64,000 bases of DNA from Fumia sp. (GTDB lineage Bacteria; Bacillota; Clostridia; Oscillospirales; Ruminococcaceae): NCBI GenBank assembly GCA_045645505.1, contig JAZRIW010000024.1, positions 6,189-70,188 on the forward strand. Direction: 5' to 3'. The first letter of the stretch is position 1. The number at the start of each line of letters is the position of its first letter. Shown in pieces: positions 37,559 to 46,331 of the stretch. The position numbers were made by a program, and so were the translations under genes. The notes below the pieces were generated by a model, which saw only the letters and a program-made list of their open reading frames with translations, had not been told where the DNA came from and ran no database searches.

Positions 37559-39301
37559 TTAATATTTCTTTCTTGCAACGTAAGAAGTATGCAAAATCTT
37601 GTGAGCTTTGTGGCTTCCGGGTTTTTCCAAATATTCAGAATATAAGGTCTTAATCCAGGGATTTTCATGAGATTTTCTGAGTCCCATAGAAGAATCTGTG
37701 TCATACAAAGCTTTTGCACGGATTGCCTTCAAATCAACAAAGTTGCGTACAGAAGCAGGCTGGAAGGGCTGTCCTCCACCATTTACACAACCACCGGGGC
37801 AAGCCATAATTTCAATAAACTGATAATCTGCAGTACCGTCTTTGATCATATTAAGTACTTTTTTAGCATTGGAAAGGCCTGAGCAAACTGCAACCTTGAT
37901 ATCCATACCTGCAATATTATAGGTAGCTTCCTTAATACCATCAGTTCCACGAACTTCTTTGAATTCTACAGGTTCCATATCCTTGCCATTGAGCCAATCG
38001 TTAGCAGTACGGAGAGCAGCCTCCATAACACCACCGGTTGCACCGAAGATAAGACCTGCACCGGAACCTGTTCCGAGAGGACTGTCAAATTCTTCATCAG
38101 GCAAAGCTTTAAAGTTAAGACCTGCTTTTTCAATCATACGAGCCAATTCTCTTGTAGTCAAAGCAACGTCGATATCAGGAACACCTGCTGCTGCCTGGTC
38201 ATCACGGCCCATTTCGAATTTCTTAGCTGTACAAGGCATAACGCTGACAACAAAAATATCTTTAGGATCGATATTGTTCTTCTCAGCATACCATGTCTTA
38301 GCAATTGCACCAAACATCTGCTGAGGAGATTTACAGCTGGAAAGGTGAGGCAATAATTCAGGGAAATAATGCTCACAATACTTAACCCATCCGGGAGAAC
38401 AGGAAGTAATCATCGGCAATACTCCACCATTCTGAACGCGCTCAACAAATTCGTTAGCTTCTTCCATAATAGTAAGGTCAGCTGAAAAGTCAGTATCAAA
38501 TACACCTGCAAATCCCATTCTTCTCAAAGCAGCAACCATTTTACCTTCAACGTTAGTTCCAACGGGCATATCAAATGCTTCACCCAAAGTAACACGGATA
38601 GAAGGAGCTGTCTGAACAATAACAGTCTTTGTAGGATCATTTAATGCATCCCAAACTTTTTCTGTATGGTCTTTTTCCATCAAAGCACCTGTAGGACAAG
38701 CAACGATACACTGTCCACAGGATACACAAGAAGTTTCACCTAAGCCCTGCTCAAATGCACAGCTGATATTTGTCTTGAATCCACGTTCATTAGCGCCAAT
38801 AACTCCTACGTCCTGCCATTTGCGGCAAACAGCCACACAGCGACGGCAAAGAATACATTTAGAGTTATCGCGAATCATATGTGCTGCGGTATCATCAATT
38901 GTGTATTCGTTCTTCTCGCCTTCAAAAGCATCTTCAGTAGAAATACCATTGTCTGCACAAAGTTTCTGTAATTCACAATTTCCGCTTCTTGCACATGAAA
39001 GACAAGTTCTGTTATGAGTAGAAAGTAAGAGCTCTAAGTTAGTACGACGAGCATCCAAAACCTTTTTGGTATTTGTAAATACTTCCATTCCTTCGTTAAC
39101 AGGATATACACAAGCGGCAACCTGAGAACGAGCGCCCTTAACTTCTACAGTACAAATACGGCAAGCGCCTATTTCGTTAATTTCTTTTAAATAACAAAGG
39201 GTAGGGATTTCAATTCCCACCTGACGTGCTGCTTCAAGGATTGTAGTCCCGGGGGCAACAGCAACAGGGATATTGTTGATTTTTAAATTAATCATTTCCA
39301 T
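37559..39301 (-). CDS. hydA: Group A3 [FeFe]-hydrogenase catalytic subunit (HydA/HndD)
   Basis: IPTLC..GACRIC 2Fe-2S, two 4Fe-4S motifs, H-cluster motifs TSCSPGW, MPCTAKKFE, EIMACPGGCVNGGGQP. Confidence 0.95.
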   Translation of the reverse strand: MEMINLKINNIPVAVAPGTTILEAARQVGIEIPTLCYLKEINEIGACRICTVEVKGARSQVAACVYPVNEGMEVFTNTKKVLDARRTNLELLLSTHNRTCLSCARSGNCELQKLCADNGISTEDAFEGEKNEYTIDDTAAHMIRDNSKCILCRRCVAVCRKWQDVGVIGANERGFKTNISCAFEQGLGETSCVSCGQCIVACPTGALMEKDHTEKVWDALNDPTKTVIVQTAPSIRVTLGEAFDMPVGTNVEGKMVAALRRMGFAGVFDTDFSADLTIMEEANEFVERVQNGGVLPMITSCSPGWVKYCEHYFPELLPHLSSCKSPQQMFGAIAKTWYAEKNNIDPKDIFVVSVMPCTAKKFEMGRDDQAAAGVPDIDVALTTRELARMIEKAGLNFKALPDEEFDSPLGTGSGAGLIFGATGGVMEAALRTANDWLNGKDMEPVEFKEVRGTDGIKEATYNIAGMDIKVAVCSGLSNAKKVLNMIKDGTADYQFIEIMACPGGCVNGGGQPFQPASVRNFVDLKAIRAKALYDTDSSMGLRKSHENPWIKTLYSEYLEKPGSHKAHKILHTSYVARKKY

Positions 39302-39316
39302 ACTGGGCCACACTCC

Positions 39317-41104
39317 TTATCTTTTTTCTATAGCATTAAATTTACATTTATCCATACAAACGCCACATTTAATACATTTATCCTGATTGATAACATGAGG
39401 ATTCTTAACTGTACCTTCAATTGCGCCAACAGGACAATTTCTTGCACATAAAGTACAACCTTTACATTTATCCTCAATAATTGTAATCTGCATCAAATCT
39501 TTACATACGCCTGCAGGACATTTTTTGTCAACAACGTGAGCTACATATTCATCACGGAAATATTTCAAAGTGGAGAGAACGGGGTTAGGAGCTGTCTGGC
39601 CCAATCCGCAAAGAGAGTTTGCTTTGATATAGTAGCAAAGCTCTTCCATCTTATCAATATCTTCCAAAGTTGCCTGACCTTTAGTAATCTTTTCAAGCAT
39701 TTCGTAAAGACGTTTTGTACCTACACGACAAGGAGTACATTTACCACAGGATTCATCTACTGTAAATTCAAGGAAGAATTTAGCAATATCAACCATACAG
39801 GTATCTTCGTCCATTACAATCAATCCACCGGAGCCCATCATAGAGCCGATTGCAATAAGGTTATCGTAGTCGATTTCAATATCAAAGAATTCGGGAGGAA
39901 TACATCCGCCGGAAGGACCACCTGTCTGAGCAGCTTTAAATGTCTTACCGTTGGGAATACCGCCACCGATTTCTTCAACTACCTCACGGAGAGTTGTACC
40001 CATAGGTACTTCAACAAGACCTGTATTCTTGATTTTACCACCAAGAGCAAATACTTTAGTACCTTTGGATTTTTCTGTACCGATAGAATTAAACCATTCA
40101 GCACCATTTAAGATAATTCTCGGAATGTTAGCATAAGTTTCTACGTTATTCAAAACTGTAGGTTTACCGAAAAGACCTTTAACTGCAGGGAACGGAGGAC
40201 GAGGACGAGGCTCACCACGATGTCCTTCAATAGAAGTCATCAAAGCAGTTTCCTCACCACAAACGAATGCACCCGCACCAAGACGGATTTCAAGGTCAAA
40301 ATCAAAACCTGAATTGAAAATATTTTTACCAAGCAAACCATATTCTTTTGCCTGATCGATAGCAATCTGCAAACGTTTTACAGCAATCGGATATTCAGCA
40401 CGAACATATACAAAGCCCTGATTAGCACCGATAGCGTAACCTGCGATAGCCATAGCTTCGATAAGTACATGGGGGTCACCTTCGAGGATAGAACGATCCA
40501 TAAATGCACCGGGGTCACCTTCGTCGGCGTTACATGCTACGTATTTCTGGTCAGCCGCATTTGCAGCAGCAAAACTCCATTTAAGACCTGTGGGGAATCC
40601 TCCGCCTCCGCGTCCGCGAAGACCGGAATCTTTAATTACCTGAATAACCTGTTCGGGTGTGTATTCAGAAAGAACTTTACCCAAAGCTTCGTATCCGTCA
40701 ACGCCGATATATTCTTCGATATCCTCGGGGTTAATAACACCGCAGTTACGAAGAGCAACACGCATCTGTTTAGCGTAGAATGTTGTATCATTAAGAGATT
40801 TAACGTCATCTTCAGCAATGGTTTCTTTGTAAAGCAAACGTTTAACGATTCTACCTTTCAAAAGATGTTCACTAACAATTTCAGGAATATCATCTACTTT
40901 TACTTCAGAGTAGAAACATCCTTCGGGATAAACGATCATGATGGGACCGAGAGCACAAAGTCCAAAACAACCTGTTTTAACAACTTTTACCTCTTCTGCC
41001 AATCCGTTTTTACTGATTTCACTTTCCAGACAATCAATTATTGCCTGGCTGCCGGAAGAAGTACAACCGGTACCTCCACAGACAAGTATATGTGAACGAA
41101 ACAT
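39317..41104 (-). CDS. hydB: NuoF-like NADH/FMN subunit of bifurcating hydrogenase (HydB/HndC)
   Basis: GLRGRGGGGFPTG, CNADEGDPGAFMDR, CGEETAL, ESCGKCTPCR, C-terminal 2x4Fe-4S. Confidence 0.93.
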   Translation of the reverse strand: MFRSHILVCGGTGCTSSGSQAIIDCLESEISKNGLAEEVKVVKTGCFGLCALGPIMIVYPEGCFYSEVKVDDIPEIVSEHLLKGRIVKRLLYKETIAEDDVKSLNDTTFYAKQMRVALRNCGVINPEDIEEYIGVDGYEALGKVLSEYTPEQVIQVIKDSGLRGRGGGGFPTGLKWSFAAANAADQKYVACNADEGDPGAFMDRSILEGDPHVLIEAMAIAGYAIGANQGFVYVRAEYPIAVKRLQIAIDQAKEYGLLGKNIFNSGFDFDLEIRLGAGAFVCGEETALMTSIEGHRGEPRPRPPFPAVKGLFGKPTVLNNVETYANIPRIILNGAEWFNSIGTEKSKGTKVFALGGKIKNTGLVEVPMGTTLREVVEEIGGGIPNGKTFKAAQTGGPSGGCIPPEFFDIEIDYDNLIAIGSMMGSGGLIVMDEDTCMVDIAKFFLEFTVDESCGKCTPCRVGTKRLYEMLEKITKGQATLEDIDKMEELCYYIKANSLCGLGQTAPNPVLSTLKYFRDEYVAHVVDKKCPAGVCKDLMQITIIEDKCKGCTLCARNCPVGAIEGTVKNPHVINQDKCIKCGVCMDKCKFNAIEKR

Positions 41105-41116
41105 GATGTAACCTCC

Positions 41117-41485
41117 TTATTTAATATTACCTACTGTGTATTCACTTACAACGTTGCCGTTTACGATATGATCAGCAACAACTTTAGCTACTTTTTCAGC
41201 TGTCATTTTAACGTAAGTTGTTTTTTCGCCTTTAGCATCGATTACTTCAACAACGGGTTCGTACTGACAGATACCGATACAACCAGTCTGTGTAACAGTA
41301 ACATTTGCAAGATTTCTCTTTGCTACTTCTTCTGTGAACGCACTCAAAACAGGTCTAGCACCTGCAGCAATACCGCAAGTAGCCATACCAACTACGATAC
41401 GGATGTTATCGCCGTTATCGTCACGAAGGTTAACACTATTTTTCATTTTGTCACGAATAGCCTTCAATTCTTCTAAGCTTTTCAT
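41117..41485 (-). CDS. Thioredoxin-like [2Fe-2S] subunit (HydD/HndB)
   Basis: VGMATCGIAAGA, TGCIGICQYEP. Confidence 0.85.
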   Translation of the reverse strand: MKSLEELKAIRDKMKNSVNLRDDNGDNIRIVVGMATCGIAAGARPVLSAFTEEVAKRNLANVTVTQTGCIGICQYEPVVEVIDAKGEKTTYVKMTAEKVAKVVADHIVNGNVVSEYTVGNIK

Positions 41486-41504
41486 TTAGCTGCACCACCT
41501 TATA

Positions 41505-42050
41505 TTAATTAGCATTTATTTCGCTGTCGTTTTCAGCAAGAAAATTCTTTAAAAACATCAGCACTTCAGAGGAGTTTATCGGGACACCTTCAAGCACCGA
41601 ACGGATTTCACGTGTATCCAATGTAAAAGATTTACCGTCAAGTTCTCTTAAATAGAGAAAATCCATATCGGGATTTACCGATATAAGTGACAACAAAGTA
41701 GCATTTATATCTCCTAATGGCAACATATCAATATGGTTTGTGCAATATGTTGCAGTAGTACGTGTGCCTTTTCCTACCTCTGATTCAATAGAAAAGGTAC
41801 CACCGGTAGCCTCAGCAGACATCTTAAAAAATGGTACGCCAAGTCCTACCTTTCTGGTTGTCCTTGTTGTAAAAAAAGGGTCCTTCACGTTGTTAATCTG
41901 TTCTTCGGTCATACCACAACCATCGTCTTCAACAGCAATAAATAATCGTTTTTTTAAACTATCTTCAGAAACTGTTATCTTGACGAGAGAAGCATCTGCC
42001 CGAATGGAGTTTTGTGCAATATCCAGTACATTCAGTGAAAGTTCCTGCAT
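41505..42050 (-). CDS. Stand-alone HATPase_c (histidine-kinase-like ATPase) in the hyd operon
   Basis: LDIAQNS, DDGCGM, DPFFTTR, GLG, GKGT; no HisKA domain. Confidence 0.88.
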   Translation of the reverse strand: MQELSLNVLDIAQNSIRADASLVKITVSEDSLKKRLFIAVEDDGCGMTEEQINNVKDPFFTTRTTRKVGLGVPFFKMSAEATGGTFSIESEVGKGTRTTATYCTNHIDMLPLGDINATLLSLISVNPDMDFLYLRELDGKSFTLDTREIRSVLEGVPINSSEVLMFLKNFLAENDSEINAN

Positions 42051-42077
42051 AAAGCTACCCCCTTTTCACAAATCACC

Positions 42078-42572
42078 TTAGTTATATTTTGCAATGATAC
42101 CGGGAACATCATCCGGAGTGATTTTTCCGTAAACATCTTCATTAACGGTCAAAACAGGTGCAAGTCCGCAAGCACCTACGCAACGACAAGCCTCAATAGA
42201 GAATTTGCCATCAGCAGTACACTGACCGCCTTCAATGCCAAGACATTGTTGCAAACGATCGTAGATGTCTCCTGAACCTTTAACGTAACAAGCTGTACCG
42301 AGACAAACGGAAACCTTGTACTCTCCTTTGGGGTAAAGTGAAAACTGTGCGTAAAAAGTTACAACGCCATAAACTTCCTCAAGGGGAATATCAAGACCTT
42401 CAGCAATGATTATCTGAACTTCGATAGGCAAGTATCCGTAGATATCCTGCGCTTTCTGCAAAACAGGCATCAATGCACCCTTTTGGTCTTTGTGTTCAGC
42501 GATTATTTCTCTCAACGCTTTTTCTTGTTCCGGAGTGCCTTTAAATGCAATACCGGGGTTTTTGTTAGACAT
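42078..42572 (-). CDS. hydC: NuoE-like [2Fe-2S] subunit (HydC/HndA)
   Basis: VVTFYAQF, VCLGTACYVKG, CVGACGLAP. Confidence 0.92.
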   Translation of the reverse strand: MSNKNPGIAFKGTPEQEKALREIIAEHKDQKGALMPVLQKAQDIYGYLPIEVQIIIAEGLDIPLEEVYGVVTFYAQFSLYPKGEYKVSVCLGTACYVKGSGDIYDRLQQCLGIEGGQCTADGKFSIEACRCVGACGLAPVLTVNEDVYGKITPDDVPGIIAKYN

Positions 42573-42640
42573 AGATGAACCTCCTTATGCTTTGTTGCAA
42601 ATGCAACACTATTTATATTACGAGAATGTGAAAGGCAAGA

Positions 42641-42658
42641 TTGTAAAAAATTTATCAA
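42641..42658. promoter_or_regulatory. Rex-operator-like site in the hydC leader
   Basis: TTGTAAAAAATTTATCAA versus TTGTKAA-N4-TTMACAA, downstream of the -10 at 42691-42696. Confidence 0.55.
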
Positions 42659-42872
42659 TCTATTTTACAACCTACCTGACACACAAAGTCATTATAACAT
42701 TTTTCGTCGAAAAATGCTACCTAATATCTTGCACAAGTAAATGGAAATTTTTTGTACAATATGTACAAAAAACAGATAGATTTTGAAAAACGTTGAAAAA
42801 AAGAACAGAAAAGTTTATAATTAAATAAAAAGCAAATTGTAAAATAGTAATTATTTTATTGGAGGATTTTTT

Positions 42873-43238
42873 ATGGATGTAAGACAAGTTGCAAAACTTC
42901 TCGAAGCAGAAATTCTTTGTGGTGAAGAAAATCTTGATACCGAAGTTCATGATGCATGCGGTTCAGATATGATGAGTGATGTGCTCGCATTTGTCAAAAA
43001 TCAGGCAGTTTTACTGACAGGACTTGTCAATATTCAGGTCGTACGTACAGCGGATATGATGGATATGGTTTGTGTGGTTTTTGTCAGAGGTAAAATGCCC
43101 GATGACGATATGATAGCTCTTGCAAAGCGTAAAGGTATGGTGCTTTTAAGTACAAATCACCGTATGTTTACTGCTTGTGGTCTCCTTTGGGATAACGGAT
43201 TAAGAGGAGGTATATCAGATGAACTTACTGAAGCTTGA
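42873..43238 (+). CDS. DRTGG-domain protein
   Basis: ACGSDMMSDVL, LLTGL, FVRGK.P. Confidence 0.85.
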   Translation: MDVRQVAKLLEAEILCGEENLDTEVHDACGSDMMSDVLAFVKNQAVLLTGLVNIQVVRTADMMDMVCVVFVRGKMPDDDMIALAKRKGMVLLSTNHRMFTACGLLWDNGLRGGISDELTEA

Positions 43239-43638
43239 ATATGATGTTGACGGTGAGGATTTCACAAGTGCCGGAGTTGCATCTTCAAGTGTAAAAAAGA
43301 AATTACGTAAACTTGGTATTTCTCCCGAAGCAATCCGCAAAGTGGCGATTGCTTTATATGAAGGAGAAATCAATATGGTGATTCACGCAGATGGTGGAAA
43401 AATAGAAGTGGAAATCACACCAAAACAGATAAAAATGGTACTTGCTGATAAAGGAAAAGGCATCGCCGATATAGAAAAAGCTATGCAGGAAGGCTATTCT
43501 ACCGCTCCGGATGAGGTAAGAAACTTAGGTTTCGGAGCAGGAATGGGGCTTCCTAATATGAAAAAATATTCCGATGAAATGAGAATTGAAAGTACAGTGG
43601 GCGTTGGCACTACCGTCTATATGACAGTAAACATTTAA
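43219..43638 (+). CDS. RsbT/anti-sigma-type Ser/Thr kinase (HATPase)
   Basis: YEGEINMVIHA, DKGKGI.D...AMQEGYST, GAGMGLP. Confidence 0.85.
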   Translation: MNLLKLEYDVDGEDFTSAGVASSSVKKKLRKLGISPEAIRKVAIALYEGEINMVIHADGGKIEVEITPKQIKMVLADKGKGIADIEKAMQEGYSTAPDEVRNLGFGAGMGLPNMKKYSDEMRIESTVGVGTTVYMTVNI

Positions 43639-43662
43639 TTTTTTATAAAGGGGGTTAAAAAA

Positions 43663-44991
43663 ATGCAAGGTTTTTTTCATTCAGTAACGCTTGATACCGA
43701 TAAATGTCGTGGCTGTATAAACTGTATTAAGCGTTGCCCCACCGAAGCTATCAGAGTGCGTAACAAAAAAGCATATATTATTGCAGAACGTTGCATAGAT
43801 TGCGGTGAATGTATAAGAGTCTGCCCTCATCATGCTAAAAAAGCTATTTTTGATAATCTTGATATTGTAAAAAAATATGACCATGTTATCGCCCTGCCTG
43901 CCCCATCGTTAATGGCACAATTCAACAATCTTGAAGATGTTGATATTGTTCTGAGTGCACTTTTAAAATTCGGATTTGACAGTGTTTATGAAGTAGCTAA
44001 AGCAGCTGAAATAGTATCTGCAAAAACCAGAGAACTTATGAAAAGCGGAGAACTCGTAAAACCCGTAATAAGTTCCGCTTGTCCCGCAGTAACAAGGCTT
44101 ATAAGGGTTCGTTTCCCAAGCCTTATTGACCATGTTCTGCCTTTAAACGCACCTATTGAAGTAGCAGCGAGACTCGCTAAAAAAGAGGCATCTGAAAAAA
44201 CAGGTATCCCAATCCAGAAAATAGGTGCCATATTCATCTCTCCTTGCCCTGCAAAAGTCACTGCTATTAAGATGCCGTTGGGTACAGAAAAAAGTGAAAT
44301 TGACGGTGTAATTGCAGTAAGCGAAATATATCCGAAGCTTTTCCCTCTTATGCGCACAATAGATGAAGAGGAACCGTTGATTTCTACTGAAGCCGGCAGA
44401 ATAGGACTTTCCTGGGGAAACAGCAGCGGTGAGGCTTCAGGGCTTATCAACGATAACTATTTAGCAGCTGACGGAATAGAAAACGTCATCCGTGTGCTTG
44501 AAGATTTAGAGGACGAAAAATTTCAAAACGTTGACTTTATTGAACTTAATGCTTGCAGTGGCGGTTGTGTAGGCGGCGTTCTTAATGTAGAAAATCCCTA
44601 TGTTGCAAAAACCAAATTAAAACGCATACGTAAAAATATGCCGGTCAGCCTTACACATATTGACGTTGATAACGCTTCTTTAAAAGATGTATTGAGCTGG
44701 GATGTCCCTCTTCAGTATGTACCGGTTATGAAGCTTGATGAAGACATGATGACCGCTATGGAAAAAATGGCAAGAATTGAAGAAATCACTGAAAAACTTG
44801 AAGGCCTTGATTGTGGAGCTTGCGGAGCGCCATCATGCCGTGCTTTAGCAGAAGATGTTGTTAGAGGACTTGCTTCCACAGATGATTGTATATATAATTT
44901 CAATTCCAATCTACATAATCTTCTTAAGGATATGCAGAAAATAGAAGAGTATATTCCAAGAACATTCCGAAGCGAAAAAAAGGAGGACTGA
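43663..44991 (+). CDS. Putative sensory [FeFe]-hydrogenase-like protein (group C/D type)
   Basis: N-terminal 2x4Fe-4S; variant motifs ISSACP, SPCPAK, ELNACSGGCVGG; C-terminal DCGACGAPSC Fe-S. Confidence 0.82.
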   Translation: MQGFFHSVTLDTDKCRGCINCIKRCPTEAIRVRNKKAYIIAERCIDCGECIRVCPHHAKKAIFDNLDIVKKYDHVIALPAPSLMAQFNNLEDVDIVLSALLKFGFDSVYEVAKAAEIVSAKTRELMKSGELVKPVISSACPAVTRLIRVRFPSLIDHVLPLNAPIEVAARLAKKEASEKTGIPIQKIGAIFISPCPAKVTAIKMPLGTEKSEIDGVIAVSEIYPKLFPLMRTIDEEEPLISTEAGRIGLSWGNSSGEASGLINDNYLAADGIENVIRVLEDLEDEKFQNVDFIELNACSGGCVGGVLNVENPYVAKTKLKRIRKNMPVSLTHIDVDNASLKDVLSWDVPLQYVPVMKLDEDMMTAMEKMARIEEITEKLEGLDCGACGAPSCRALAEDVVRGLASTDDCIYNFNSNLHNLLKDMQKIEEYIPRTFRSEKKED

Positions 44992-44992
44992 A

Positions 44993-45334
44993 ATGACACC
45001 TATTGAATTTGCCGAAAAGCATGGACTCACAGTTGCTTCAGAGGGTAATGGCAACGAACTTGAAATCGCAAATATATATTGTTGTGACCTTCTAAGCATG
45101 GTTATGGGTAAAGCTCAGGAAAATGATGCGCTTATAACCGTTATGGGTAATGTAAATACAATTGCAGTAGGAGTTTTGGCTGACGTAAGTTGTGTGATTT
45201 TATGCGAAAATATACACCTTGATGAGCAAAGCCTTGAAAAGGCAAAAACACAGGGAGTTTGCATTATTTATTCTGAAAAGTCAAGTTTTGAAACAGCTTT
45301 AATGCTTGCAAAAGATTTAAAACTTTGTTGTTAA
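44993..45334 (+). CDS. DRTGG-like domain protein
   Basis: YCCDLLSMVMG, NTIAVG.L.DV..VIL. Confidence 0.78.
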   Translation: MTPIEFAEKHGLTVASEGNGNELEIANIYCCDLLSMVMGKAQENDALITVMGNVNTIAVGVLADVSCVILCENIHLDEQSLEKAKTQGVCIIYSEKSSFETALMLAKDLKLCC

Positions 45335-45348
45335 AAAAGGAGGACAGC

Positions 45349-46038
45349 ATGGAACTTATTTATGATTTTCATATACATTCCTGTCTGTCCCCGTGCGGAG
45401 ACAACGATATGACTCCGAATAACATTATCGGCATGGCGGGAATTTTAGGGCTTGATGCGATCGCAGTAAGCGATCACAACAGTGCTTTAAATCTCCCCGC
45501 TATATGTGAGCTTGGAGAAGAAAATGGCATTTTGGTAATACCTGCCATCGAAATAACCACCGCAGAAGAAGTACACGTGCTTTCACTTTTTGAAGACCTT
45601 GAATCAGCACTTCATATGGGAGAAGAACTTTATAAACTGCTCCCCGATATAAAAAATGAACCTGATATTTTCGGAGAACAGCTAATCCTTGACAAAGATG
45701 ATAACATTAAAGACAAAGTTGATAAACTTTTGATAAACGCTGTAAGTCTTTCCATTGAAGAAATTTTTAAAAAAGTGCGTTCCTGTGGTGGATTTCCTCT
45801 GCCCGCCCATATCGACAAGTCTTCTTATTCATTACTTTCAAACTTAGGGTTTATACCACCTGAATTAGAACTTACTGCAATTGAAGTTAAAAATCCTCCT
45901 CATCATCTTATGGACAAATATCAGTTCATAACCGATTCTGATGCGCATTCACTTGAAACTATGAGTGAGCACGAGGCTGCAACTATAGAAATTCCCCAAA
46001 AAGATATTGCATCGGTGTTTTCTTATTTAAAAGGCTGA
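45349..46038 (+). CDS. PHP-domain phosphoesterase
   Basis: DFHIHSCLSPC, SDHN, EEVH, AHID, SDAH; ATG 45349 after GGAGG. Confidence 0.88.
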   Translation: MELIYDFHIHSCLSPCGDNDMTPNNIIGMAGILGLDAIAVSDHNSALNLPAICELGEENGILVIPAIEITTAEEVHVLSLFEDLESALHMGEELYKLLPDIKNEPDIFGEQLILDKDDNIKDKVDKLLINAVSLSIEEIFKKVRSCGGFPLPAHIDKSSYSLLSNLGFIPPELELTAIEVKNPPHHLMDKYQFITDSDAHSLETMSEHEAATIEIPQKDIASVFSYLKG

Positions 46039-46065
46039 TTTTACTGGGTTTTTTTCAAAAAGCTA

Positions 46066-46094
46066 TTGACAAAATCAAAAAGCTATGTTATCAT
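46066..46094 (+). promoter_or_regulatory. Promoter of tRNA-Arg
   Basis: TTGACA-17-TATCAT with TG extension. Confidence 0.7.
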
Positions 46095-46127
46095 ATCAAA
46101 TGTTGTCGTAAAGAAAAATTCAACATT

Positions 46128-46204
46128 GCGCCATTAGCTCAGCTGGATAGAGTGTTTGACTACGAATCAAAAGGTCGCAGGTTCGAGTCCTGCATGGCGC
46201 GCCA
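46128..46204 (+). tRNA. tRNA-Arg (ACG)
   Basis: Acceptor GCGCCAT/ATGGCGC, anticodon arm TTTGA-CT-ACG-AA-TCAAA, GTTCGAG T-loop, encoded CCA; 77 nt. Confidence 0.97.
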
Positions 46205-46235
46205 AAAATCCGCACACAATAGTGTGCGGATTTTT
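46205..46235 (+). terminator. Terminator after tRNA-Arg
   Basis: AATCCGCACAC-AATA-GTGTGCGGATTTTT. Confidence 0.85.
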
Positions 46236-46331
46236 ACTTTTTGCCTGTTTACTTTTAAATATAATATTCTGATAAAAAAATAATCTGTATAAAAAAGCAT
46301 AGCAATTTTAACTGCTACGCTTTTTTGAATC

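Noticed and set aside
37559-39301. TSCSPGW instead of TSCCPxW in HydA
   Set aside because: A common variant in multimeric clostridial group A3 hydrogenases; not evidence of inactivation or novelty.
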